Shown in pieces: positions 10,392 through 21,900 of a stretch of DNA of 22,978 nucleotides. The first letter of the stretch is position 1. The number at the start of each line of letters is the position of its first letter. The notes beneath the pieces are model-generated. The model was not told the origin of the DNA, made no database searches, and saw only the letters and a program-made list of their open reading frames with translations. The DNA is taken from assembly GCF_006345805.1 (NCBI RefSeq), contig NW_021836718.1:1-22978 (forward strand), written 5' to 3'. The position numbers and the translations under genes are program-made. The DNA is from Octopus sinensis (Eukaryota).

Positions 10392-10682
10392 TTCCTTCCT
10401 GAGTCATATAGACTCATACAAACTCATATAAAAATCATAGAAGACTCATGGGTCTGGTTTCTCGGTTTCTGTGACCAATATATACCACAACCCATCCCAC
10501 CCCCTCGAACTGGACACCGGTCGGTCGTCGGATTACTCACTTTTGCCAGTTGAGTGGACTGGAGCAACGTGAAATGAAGTGTTTTGCTCAAGAACACAAC
10601 GTGTCGCTCGGTCCAGGAATTGAAACTGCAATCTTACAATCATGCGTTCAACACCCCTAACCACCAAGCCACATGCCTCCAC
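10392..10682 (-). mobile_element. tRNA-derived SINE (third family)
   Basis: The minus strand has an A-box-like TGGCTTGGTGGTTAG and a B-box-like GTTTCAATTCC, followed by TTCTTGAGCAAAACACTTCATTTCAC. Confidence 0.72.
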
Positions 10683-10685
10683 TGT

Positions 10686-10762
<77 letters not shown>

Positions 10763-10848
10763 ATATACACAAACCTAAATATAATATATAAACTTGAATT
10801 AACGTCTTTTCTACAAGAAAATTCTCAAAGAATTCACTTCTTTCTTAC

Positions 10849-10966
10849 CAAAATTCACAGCGTTTTTCAAAGTAAGTTCTTTCGAGATGAAGGTTCCTAA
10901 AGCAATCCAGTTGAGAATAAAGTTTGCTGAGCATCGTTCAAAGTCCAGATTCTTCATATGGCAAGG
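10849..10966 (-). CDS. RFX: RFX-family exon, dimerization domain core
   Basis: Acceptor tttttgcag| and donor |gtaaga. The 118 bp translate PCHMKNLDFERCSANFILNWIALGTFISKELTLKNAVNF+G, matching the RFX 'A..FLL.WS..G..V.R.LTL.SA.SFG' motif. Confidence 0.9.
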
Positions 10967-11061
10967 CTGCAAAAATGAAAGAACATTCGCCATTTTTAAA
11001 GTTCAATTGTTTAGCGTTGAACTAAACAACAGCAGCAGCAGCAGCAACAATAGCAGCACCA

Positions 11062-11200
11062 AATATTGGTTTCAAATTTTGACACAAGGCCAGCAAGTTT
11101 ACATCGATCCAAGTGCTCAACTGGTACTTCTTTTATCGACCTCGAACGGATGAAAGGCAAAGTCGCCCTAAGCGGAATTTGAACTCAGAACGCAAAGATG
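11062..11200 (-). mobile_element. Partial copy of the same Deu/Nin-like SINE
   Basis: ACTGGTACTT.TTTTATCGAC..CGAA.GGATGAAAGGCAAAGTCG...GGAATTTGAACTCAGAA is the reverse complement of the 5320-5410 segment. Confidence 0.75.
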
Positions 11201-11416
11201 GAAGAAAAGTCGCTTGGCCTTTTGTCTGGTGTGCTAACGATTCTGCTTGCTCACCGCTTTATCAGCAGCAAATATTAACAAGAGAAACAATAACAGAAAA
11301 GAGATGAGTGAGTGAATCAGTGATAGAGAAAGACGAAGAGAGGGACGGGAAGAGACGGAGGCACAGACAGACAGACAGACAGACATTCAGACAGACATTC
11401 AGACAGTGGTCTGTAC

Positions 11417-11511
11417 CTTAATGAGGAAAGTGTCGACGATGTTGTCCATCCAGCTCGTGTAACACTGCAATGGAGCCTGTTGCTTCAGAAGGGACAGAAG
11501 GTCTTGGTAGC
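11417..11511 (-). CDS. RFX: RFX-family exon, dimerization domain N-terminal part
   Basis: Pyrimidine-rich acceptor ttctcccag| and donor |gtacag. The 95 bp translate (C)YQDLLSLLKQQAPLQCYTSWMDNIVDTFLIK, matching the RFX4 '[31 protein letters not shown]' / RFX6 'FQELKDLLKKN...WLDTVVEQRVIK' pattern as I recall it. Confidence 0.88.
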
Positions 11512-11595
11512 CTGGGAGAAAGACAAACAGACACAGAGAAAAGAAAGGAACGAGGTGAGACTAGTTTTAGCATCATTTCCTTAGATTTTATATCT

Positions 11596-11596
<1 letters not shown>

Positions 11597-11657
<61 letters not shown>

Positions 11658-11671
11658 ACACACACACACAC
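11597..11671. repeat. (CA)n microsatellite in an RFX intron
   Basis: Direct reading. Confidence 0.97.
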
Positions 11672-11892
11672 AAGTCATTAGATATAACAATGGAGAATTA
11701 TACATCATCAAAAGCTTGTTTATTGCAGTATTATGCCCAATGTATTCATTTAAATCTCAGTCCGATACGTGTTTCTATTGCATATTAATCCTAAGATGAA
11801 GATAAGTTCATCCAGGGTATGCGTATCTGTTATAATTTGCATCCTCATCCCCTTCTACGCTGGTGTTGGCCCTGTAATATTCTTACTGCCAC

Positions 11893-12139
11893 TGTTATGT
11901 TATTCTGCGTCTTATTATCTTTGAGTTGTCTCTCGTTCTATCGCTTAGAATTCCGCGAGACAATGACTTTTGAACCTCGTGCCTTGACGGTAACTCGAAC
12001 TCATATACATCACATAACTGTCACTGACTCTAACTGAGAAATTCGTACAACCGGCTCTACCACAGCTCGACTGACTTATATAGTGGCTAACCCTAATCAC
12101 TTTGCCACGTGGAAAGGGATGTACCATTCCCCTACAACA
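11893..12139 (-). repeat. 3' LTR of the Gypsy remnant (~247 bp)
   Basis: TGTT...AACA termini. The minus-strand start TGTTGTAG is immediately preceded by the polypurine tract AAATGGGGAGA (12140-12150). It aligns with 13919-14037. Confidence 0.7.
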
Positions 12140-13918
12140 TCTCCCCATTTAGTTTTTTTTTCTTTGGGAAGCAAGTAATTTTATTTTACTTTATTTGTCC
12201 CTCCATCTTTTTTAACGTTTTTTTTTATTGTTGTTGCTTTGCTTTTTTTATGTTTTGATGTTTGTCTCTCCATCTCCTCCAGAGTTATTGGTAACTCTCA
12301 TACAATGTTCCACATTATGTGTTTAATTTCCCCTTCCGCTCTTAGGGCAACTATTATTGTGTCATCGAATGGTTCGCCATTTCTGGGTATTAACCTGGAT
12401 AGGCTGTCAGCATGTCCTAGCTTTTTTAAAGCTAAATATTCCATTGCGTAGTCATAGTTTCCTTAGTATGGTGCCCTATTACTGCCAGCTGAGCTCGTCG
12501 TATGGTTTGTTTGTAGTCTAAATCGTCTACCATGTATATACTTGTGCAACATTTTTATGCCAAATATAACCGCCAATGCCCCTTTTGCAATTTGGCTATA
12601 ATTTTTTCCGCCCTCAATAGCGTCCCTTACGTGTGAGCTATGGCCTTTTGACTGCCATCTTCACATTTGTGTAGGAGTACGGCACCTATCCAGCTTTAGA
12701 TGGAAGCGTGTAAGCGACAAGTCTAAAGTTATCATGCTTTTTAAGTTCCTCAAATGCCTTCTGGCATTTTTCTGACCAAAAGCATTTCGCTCCACACACA
12801 CTCTTAGTTTATTTTTTCTTTACATAAACTGTCGGTGCTGTCCAGTTTGAACGGTCGACTTTTTCAATTTTATCTAGACTTTCTAGTCTTTCCAGCTCTC
12901 TATTGACCTGGTCCAAAAACCGCAAACGACACGTTCAGTTTGGGCCTAAAAACAAGTGTTGCCTTTTCTTTTATCGCGATCCTCGCTTTTGCTTTAGTGA
13001 ACAGCCTAATCCTTCCAAAAAAAAAAACACTTTTGGAAACAATTTTTGCTTCAGTTGTTCGACTTCATTCGAACTTTTGACCGTGCTAACTACATTTTCC
13101 CAGAGCACATTAACTGGACATTTTGAATAACCCCATACATTCTGTGCCAAATAGGGTTAATGTTTGTCTTTTTAGTTTCACCTCAAAAAGTTACATTGCA
13201 AATACATTCGCCAATGAAATATAATTTCTTTCCTGTAACACCATATGCAACTTTATTTGATTTAAATCATTTTGGCTTATTGATTTGTCTCCCTGTTTCT
13301 TCATTTATAATAATGATGCCCCTCCCCGTGTCTAATTGCATTTTGACACTAGTGGTTTCAATTCTGACTTTCATCAATTTTCTGTTCGTTGTATAAACTT
13401 TTTTCTCTGATGACAAACTACTTTATTTTTCTCTCTTTTGGTCCAATTTTTCGTCAACTTAGTTCTGCAGTGCGATTTAATGTGACTTGTGTTCCCACAA
13501 CGAAAACACTTCGCATTTTTGAACAGGCATTCTTTTCTCGGATGCTTACCACCACAAGCCTTACATAGGTTTACCTCCTGATATATATCGTGATTTCTGT
13601 GATACACTTTATCCGTCTTCCAACTCTTTCGCACTGGTTTTATCTGTAAACAATTTCTGCGTTGGAAATCTTCTGTGTCGTGTCTTATTTTTAATACCAA
13701 GTCGCATTCTTCTGGTAGTTTCTCGAGAGTTATATCCTGGTTCATTATCAGGTGCAATCACATCTGGTATCCCGAATCTTGCGAATAATTTGTGAAAAAC
13801 ATTTATTAAAATTGAGGCAATTGGTCTTTTGCACTAAACAATTTCCGGCCATTTTGTAAAACTGTCAACTACTACTAAGAAGTAATAAACATTTAACAGA
13901 CCCGTAAATCGATTTTGC

Positions 13919-14037
13919 GGTAACTCGAACTCGAATATATTACGTGAGAAACTTTTACAACCGATTCTACCACTACTCCACTGGCTGACCTTAACAACTT
14001 TGCCACGTGGGGAGGGGTTTACCGTTTCACTACAACA
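13919..14037 (-). repeat. Truncated, diverged 5' LTR-like segment
   Basis: Starts TGTTGTAG on the minus strand. It shares CGGTAACTCGAACTC, TACAACCG..TCTACCAC, ACTTTGCCACGTGG and CTACAACA with 11988-12139. Confidence 0.65.
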
Positions 14038-14206
14038 GTATCCATGCAACATTTTCCAAATGTTACCACGTTGGGTTTTTAAAGTGAACATATTGTATGT
14101 AATACTGAAATAAACAAGCTTTCAAGGATGTATAATTCTGCAGTTTTATTTTTAATGTCTGGAATATACACACTCTGTATACTGTATATATATATATATA
14201 TATATA

Positions 14207-17200
14207 GTTATCCGTAATAATGAAGGGTGAAATTAATTAATTTGGAAAAATTATCAATTACACCAAGTAGTCTTCGGCATGTAAAAGCCTCATTCGAGGA
14301 AAATTTAAGTAATACTAAGCAATAAGGGTTTAGCAACGAGTTGCCTTACCACATACCGAATTTAGAAATAGCAGTCAAAGGGTTATAGCTATTTCTTCTA
14401 CTAAAAAGGGAGATCTCAGTAAAAACAGCATTTGGAAGGCACAAACAGGTAAGAGAGAATGAATTGACTGCAATCTATCATACATTTTTTTAGTTATCCA
14501 CGGACGTACGTTTCGAAATCAAGTTTTAAGGAAAGCATACGAATTAAATATTAAATATTAAATAATAAATAATTCTATCTTACCGAAACTTCTTTTCTCT
14601 TCAGCGTAGAATACTATAATCATAAATGATTATATATTGAATTTTGAGATACCAGAAGGCACCAACTCCACTCAGTATCAGAGCGAGCTAAAACCCGCAA
14701 CTGGTATCACCGAATTCAATTGTGAATGAAACGATTGTGTCAACAGCCCCTTCCCACCCGCGTGTAGCCAAAACAAGATGCTGTGGTCATCTACTGAGAT
14801 AAAATATGGTTATCCGTAATAATGAAGGGTGAAATTAATTAATTTGGAAAAATTATCAATTACACCAAGTAGTCTTCGGCATGTAAAAGCCTCATTCGAG
14901 GAAAATTTAAGTAATACTAAGCAATAAGGGTTTAGCACGAGTTGCCTTACCACATACCGAATTTAGAAATAGCAGTCAAAGGGTTATAGCTATTTCTTCT
15001 ACTAAAAAGGGAGATCTCAGTAAAAACAGCATTTGGAAGGCACAAACAGGTAAGAGAGAATGAATTGACTGTAATCTATCATACATTTTTTTAGTTATCC
15101 ACGGACGTACGTTTCGAAATCAAGTTTTAAGGAAAGCATACGAATTAAATATTAAATATTAAATAATAAATAATTCTATCTTACCGAAACTTCTTTTCTC
15201 TTCAGCGTAGAATACTATAATCATAAATGATTATATATTGAATTTTGAGATACCAGAAGGCACCAACTCCACTCAGTATCAGAGCGAGCTAAAACCCGCA
15301 ATGGTATCACCGAATTCAATTTGTGAATGAAACGATTGTGTCAACAGCCCCTTCCCACCCGCGTGTAGCCAAAACAAGATTCTGTGGTCATCTACTGAGA
15401 TAAAATATGGTTATCCGTAATAATGAAGGGTGAAATTAATTAATTGGAAAATTATCAATTACACCAAGTAGTCTTCGGCATGTAAAAGCCTCATTCGAGG
15501 AAAATTTAAGTAATACTAAGCAATAAGGGTTTAGCAACGAGTTGCCTTACCACATACCGAATTTAGAAATAGCAGTCAAAGGGTTATAGCTATTTCTTCT
15601 AGTAAAAAGGGAGATCTCAGTACTGAGATCTCCCTTTTTAGTAGAAGAAATAGCTATAACCCTTTGACTGCTATTTCTAAATTCGGTATGTGGTAAGGCA
15701 ACTCGTTGCTAAACCCTTATTGCTTAGTATACTTAAATTTTCCTCGAATGAGGCTTTTACATGCCGAAGACTACTTGGTGTAATTGATAATTTTTCAAAT
15801 TAATTAATTTCACCCTTCATTATTACGGATAACCATATTTTATCTCAGTAATGACCACAGCATCTTGTTTTGGCTACACGCGGTGGGTGGGAAGGGGCTG
15901 TTGACACAATCGTTTCATTCACAAATTGAATTCGGTGATACCAGTTGCGGGTTTTAGCTCGCTCTGATACTGAGTGGAGTTGGTGCCTTCTGGTATCTCA
16001 AAATTCAATTATAATCATTTATGATTATAGTATTCTACGCTGAAGAGAAAAGAAGTTTCGGTAAGATAGAATTATTTATTATTTAATATTTAATATTTAA
16101 TTCGTATGCTTTCCTTAAAACTTGATTTCGAAACGTACGTCCGTGGATAACTAAAAAAATGTATGATAGATTACAGTCAATTCATTCTCTCTTACCTGTT
16201 TGTGCCTTCCAAATGCTGTTTTTACTGAGATCTCCCTTTTTAGTAGAAGAAATAGCTATAACCCTTTGACTGCTATTTCTAATTCGGTATGTGGTAAGGC
16301 AACTCGTTGCTAAACCCTTATTGCTTAGTATTACTTAATTTTCCTCGAATGAGGCTTTTACATGCCGAAGACTACTTGGTGTAATTGATAATTTTTCCAA
16401 ATTAATTAATTTCACCCTTCATTATTACGGATAACCATATTTTATCTCAGTAGATGACCACAGCATCTTGTTTTGGCTACACGCGGGTGGGAAGGGGCTG
16501 TTGACACAATCGTTTCATTCACAAATTGAATTCGGTGATACCAGTTGCGGGTTTTAGCTCGCTCTGATACTGAGTGGAGTTGGTGCCTTCTGGTATCTCA
16601 AAATTCAATATATAATCATTTATGATTATAGTATTCTACGCTGAAGAGAAAAGAAGTTTCGGTAAGATAGAATTATTTATTATTTAATATTTAATATTTA
16701 ATTCGTATGTTTTTATGAGATCTCCCTTTTTAGTAGAAGAAATAGCTATAACCCTTTGACTGCTATTCTAAAATTCGGTATGTGGTAAGGCAACTCGTTG
16801 CTAAACCCTTATTGCTTAGTATTACTTAAATTTTCCTCGAATGAGGCTTTTACATGCGAAGACTACTTGGTGTAATTGATAATTTTTCCAAATTAATTAA
16901 TTTCACCCTTCATTATTACGGATAACCATATTTTATCTCAGTAGATGACCACAGCATCTTGTTTTGGCTACACGCGGGTGGGAAGGGGCTGTTGACACAA
17001 TCGTTTCATTCACAAATTGAATTCGGTGATACCAGTTGCGGGTTTTAGCTCGCTCTGATACTGAGTGGAGTTGGTGCCTTCTGGTATCTCAAAATTCAAT
17101 ATATAATCATTTATGATTATAGTATTCTACGCTGAAGAGAAAAGAAGTTTCGGTAAGATAGAATTATTTATTATTTAATATTTAATATTTAATTCGTATG

Positions 17201-17433
17201 CTTTCCTTAAAACTGATTTCGAAACGTACGTCCGTCCGTGGATAACTAAAAAAATGTATGATAGATTGCAGTCAATTCATTCTCTCTTACCTGTTTGTGC
17301 CTTCCAAATGCTGTTTTTACTGAGATCTCCCTTTTTAGTAGAAGAAATAGCTATAACCCTTTGACTGCTATTTCTAAATTCGGTATGTGGTAAGGCAACT
17401 CGTTGCTAAACCCTTATTGCTTAGTATTACTTA
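14207..17433. repeat. Palindromic (head-to-head) tandem array of a ~602-bp unit embedded in (TA)n
   Basis: Left-arm units start at 14207, 14809 and 15410. The inversion centre is at 15621/15622 (GAGATCTCAGT|ACTGAGATCTC). Right-arm blocks are 15622-15833, 15834-16435, 16436-16926 (~111-bp deletion) and 16927-17433. (TA)n lies at both outer ends. Confidence 0.97.
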
Positions 17434-17574
17434 TATATATATAATATATATATATGTGTGTGGTGTGTGTGTGTGTGTGGTGTGTGTGTGTGTATATATA
17501 TATATATATGTGTGTGTGTATATATATATATATATGTATATATATTTATGTATATATGTATGTATATATGTATT

Positions 17575-17610
<36 letters not shown>

Positions 17611-17880
17611 TGTGTGTGTGTGTGTATCTATATACATATATACATGTATATATGTATATATATATATATATATGTACATATATGTGTGTATATATGTATA
17701 TATATGTATACATATATACACACATATATGTATATTTAATATATATGTATATACTATACATAATACATGTATATATGATATAGATACACACACAAATATA
17801 TATATACGTATATATGTATATATGTATATATATATGTGTATGTCTATATGTATATATGTATGTATGTGTATATGTATAGA
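17434..17880. repeat. Long degenerate (TA)/(TG)/(TATG) low-complexity tract flanking the palindromic array
   Basis: Direct reading. Confidence 0.95.
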
Positions 17881-18672
17881 GTGTTTGAAGTGGTGTATAT
17901 TGAGAAAAAGGAAACAGTCAGAATTTTGGATAATTTTTTATTAGCGCTTTCGTTCGTTTAACCGATCTCTTCAACACAAAAATTAAAACCAATATATATA
18001 TATATATATGTATGTATATATATAAATATATGTAGACGGTTGAAAAGGAAGACACGAGTTGATATATATGGAAAAAAGTCAAAGTAGAAAATGGTAAAAT
18101 AATTTTATAAAATACATTTCAGTACCGGTTTCGGTCATTGAGACTTTTTCAACTGTAAGAATGGAAAACAATTAAATTTTGGAAAAATTAAAAGAAAAGT
18201 TTTTAAAAGAATATTTGCAAGCATTCAAATACAAGGGTAATTTTTCTTGTTTCTGCCTGTCTCGGTCTCTCTCGTTTACTCATGTGGGTTCGAGTTCGGC
18301 CCACATATATATGTGTGTGTGTGTGTGTTTGTGTGAGTGTGTGTGTATGTTTGTGCGTGTGTGGTGTGTGTGTGTGTGTGTTTCGTGTTACGCTAAGAAG
18401 CAATGCTCGATTGTAGAATTCTCGACTCGAGTCAAAGATAACAAGCTACTCCAAAACGTTGCTCGAAAATCCGCGTAAGTGGTGTCTGGATCGGTTAGTT
18501 TCTGAGGGCCTCGAGTCGTGTAAATCATAATAATGAAGTGAAACCAATTAGGAATATTTTATCACAGGAATCGAAACGAACACCGCAAATAATTCATTCA
18601 GACACCACTAACGATTATGCCAACTCACCGCCATAAAATGGTTGAAATATAAATATGGTAGAATTGTCTTAC

Positions 18673-18814
18673 ATTTTAAGAAGAGTTCCTGCCTGTCGGC
18701 GCTGTATCCAGACAAGTTGGTAAATTCGTTACAAACGTCCAGGAAGTCAATCTCGGTCAAATCTTCGACAATCTTCTCAACAACTTCACTGTCTTGGAGA
18801 ACAGTTTTACTGAC
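18673..18814 (-). CDS. RFX: RFX-family (RFX4/RFX6-like) transcription factor, internal exon (region preceding the dimerization domain)
   Basis: Acceptor tttgtag| at 18815 and donor |gtaaga at 18672. The 142 bp translate VSKTVLQDSEVVEKIVEDLTEIDFLDVCNEFTNLSGYSADRQELFLK+T. This resembles the RFX4/6 segment after 'HLAQ/HLCQ', and the phase-1 end joins the 11511 exon in frame (T|GC=Cys). Confidence 0.8.
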
Positions 18815-18939
18815 CTACAAATATATATATTATATATATATATATATTATATATATATATAATTATATATATATATATATATACACATACAACATACATA
18901 CATACATACATACATACAATACATCATACATACATTATA

Positions 18940-21900
18940 GCTGCCCCCCCGTTATCGAGTATGGCCATTGCACGAAGCTCAGCTATTACTGGTGCTGTGA
19001 TCGAATGTGACTTTTTAGCCCAGCTAAAGATCTACAATGTCTTGTACAGAATTGGCAACTAAAACCTTTACCGGTAAAAGCCGGCTGTAGTTGTAACTGG
19101 GCTTCATTGTACCTTTGCATGTCGTTTAAGTCCTCCTGCCGAGTTACACTCTCTTCCACATGCCTGACAGATATGATTAGTATGGTGTGTTACACCACCA
19201 CCAGCAGCCAGGTTGTCACTCATCTGTCTCGTTTTATGACTACGAAGATGACTCATGAGTCCAGGTTTACTGAGGCAGGGTCTTGCACAGACATTGCATG
19301 TCAGAATCAAAGGAAGACCCTTCTCTTCTGGAAGTGTAACAGCGATGCCCTTCCTGACATCCCTCCTTACTTTCTCATGTGCAACTCGAGATTTCTCAAA
19401 CGTAACTGTCCCCTCATGCACAATCCTTCTCCACCTGCTACGATCAATAGCTATGCCTTCCCATGTGTCAGGAGAGATGCAAGCATCTCTTAAGGAAGCC
19501 CTCAGCAAGTCCTTATACCTCTTTTTTGGTTTATGTGGAGGTCGCTCTCCTTTAGCTAACTCTCCATAAAAGAGTTGTTTTGGCATCCTTGAATCCTTCA
19601 TCCTGACCGGATGACCACTCCATCTGAGCCTTTGCTTTAACACAAGAGCTTCTATATTTTCACACCGAAAGCCTTCCAATATTTCAAGATCACTGATGCG
19701 GTCCTTCAACTTAATGCCATAGATCCGTCTGAGACACATCTGATGGAAACGTTCCAGTTGTTTAAGGTGGTATCGATATGTGACTCACGCCTCGCAGGCA
19801 TAGAGAAGAGAAGGGAGCACACATGCCTTGTACACCTTTATCTTTGTCTTTCTGCATATGTCTCGCCAACTCCAGAGGCGCTTTTCTAGCCTTCCGAAAG
19901 CAACACTTGCTTTCCTAATTCTATATGGAATTTCATCATCCACATTGCTATATCTATTAATAGTGCTTCCCAGGTAGACAAACTGATCGACTACATTAAG
20001 TCGTTTACCATTCACATAGATATTTGGTAGACTATACTGCTTACCAGGGGCAGGTTGATGCATGACAACAGTTTTCTTGAGATTGACTGTCAATCCTAAG
20101 ACAGTGCAAGTATCAGAGAATGCATTCAAAATGTGTTGCATATCAATCTCTGTGTGTGCTACTAGCTCACAATCATCAGCATACAAAAGGTCTCTCATGA
20201 TAGAGGTAACTATCTTTGTTTTTGCAGCAAGGCGCCTGATATTAAATATGCTGCCAGAGGTTCAATAATGGACGTAAACACCGTATCTGCAGTTTCTGAA
20301 TGCAATACAGAACACCATCGCGAAATATATGGAAAATAGGGTCGGTGCCAGAATATCCCCCTGTTTCACTCCATTTTGTATTGAAATGGGCTCCGACATT
20401 TTCCCTCTAACATTCACCCTACCATTCATGTCTTCATGAAAAGACCTAACCAAAGCAAGGAACTTTTCAGGACACCCAAGTTTCTGGAGGACTTTCCACA
20501 ATGCTTTTCTATTGACGGTATCAAAGGCTTTTGTCAGATCGGCAAAAACCTGATACAAATCCAGACCCTGTTCCACACACTTTTCCTGAAGCTGTCTAGC
20601 TGAAAAGATCATATCAGCAGTGCCACGTCCCACACGAAAGCCAGATTGACTTTCTGGAAGAACACAATCTGCAATGTATCAGACTGCTGATTCAAAAGTT
20701 CATCAAAGTGTTCTTGCCACATTCGCAGAATTCCTTGTGAATCACGAAGTTCTTTACCATTCCTGCTTCGAATTGGTGTCATCAGGGAAGACGTCGGTCC
20801 ATAAACTTCTCGCAAGAGACCATACAACAGCTTTGTGTTATTGGAATTTGATGCCGCCTGTATCTCGTCAGCCTTCTGACTCCACCACGTATCCCTCATC
20901 TGAGAGAGCCTTTGCCTCACACGTAATTTGACGTCCTTGAGTTCCCTATGCAACACTTCCCTTTCCTGTGACTTTGCTGACAAATAGCGTGACAAAGTAC
21001 GTCTTTTATCAGCCAATAAATCATCTATATGTTCATCATTTTCTTTGAACCAATCTTGATGCTTTCTTTGTATCAATCCCAGAACTTTCTTGCCTATATC
21101 ATAAACTGACTTTTTAAGGGTCGGCCAATCCTCCCCAATATCTGCAGCATTCATTTCCTCTCGTAAAGTTCTCTTCACACTATTATACCTAAGACGATCA
21201 ACATTCAGTCTTTTAGGCAGGGTCATTCCCTGCAGCTCGGATTTTATGTTTTGTGACTAATTTCACTTTTGCACGTACTAGGCGGTGGTCAGTCCAACAC
21301 TCAGCTCCACGAAGAACACGAACATACTGCACATCTTGTCTGTCACGCACCCTAACTAGGATGTAATCTAGAATATGACATTCTTTAGATGCAGGGTGCA
21401 CCCATGTAGTCTTAAGTTTATTCTTTTGTTGAAACATGGTATTGGTAACACACAGACTCAGCTCCTCACACATCTGCAGCAAAGGCATGCCATTACTATT
21501 ACACTTCCCCACCCCATGCCTTCCAATTACAGTCCATGCGTTAAAATCCCTACCCACTCTAGCATTAAAGTTACCCAGTAAGATGACTTTGTCTGCTCGA
21601 GGGATATTTCTTATAATGCTCTTCAAAGCATGGTAGAAAGAAAGTTTTTCGTCATCAGTATAGCATATAGTTGGAGCATACACACTCACCAAGGTCATAT
21701 AATTTCCTTTAGCCAAAGGAATTCTCATGGACATAAGACGCTCGTTAATTCCGATTGGGAATTCCTCCAACTTGTCCACAAGAGTAGTCTTAACAGCAAA
21801 TGCCACTCCAGCTTCTCCTCTAAACTCTTCATCTCTCCCTTTCCAAAAGAATGTATATTTTCCACAAGATTCTGTAAGATGACCATCTCCAGGTAATCTC

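Larger units (their letters stand above)
11893..14037 (-). mobile_element. Rearranged Gypsy/Ty3 (K02A2.6-like) LTR retrotransposon remnant
   Basis: The minus strand carries, in order: integrase VVVDSFTKWPEI..LFARFGIPDVI (~13910-13745), Gag knuckles CKACGGKHPRKEC/CFRCGNTSHIKSHC (13374-13757), protease MQLDTG (~13340), RT N-terminus RELERLE..WTAPTVYVKK (~13050-12800), and RNase H IGAVLLH..KNYSQI..GHADSLSRLIP (~12790-12300). All segments are interrupted by stops or frameshifts. Confidence 0.85.

Noticed and set aside
11880-11892. PBS-like TGGCAGTAAG directly after the 3' LTR (minus strand)
   Set aside because: The match is too short, and no gag sequence follows that would support a tandem element.
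15410-15833. Array centre as a simple sequencing fold-back chimera
   Set aside because: The right arm does not mirror back into the left unique flank. It continues in repeat sequence, carries its own 111-bp deletion and exits into different flanking DNA. An artefact is not fully excluded without reads.
14207-17433. CRISPR-like or protein-coding interpretation of the tandem array
   Set aside because: The units are ~602-bp near-identical repeats with no unique spacers, and the ORF track shows no ORF of 60 aa or more in either orientation.
9394-18814. Assigning the specific symbol RFX6 or RFX4
   Set aside because: The motifs are mixed (METQ is RFX6-like, LMFD is RFX4-like) and the DNA-binding domain is outside the window, so a phylogeny is needed.
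19107-21896. Several plus-strand ORFs over the RTE
   Set aside because: They are antisense shadows of the minus-strand LINE ORF.
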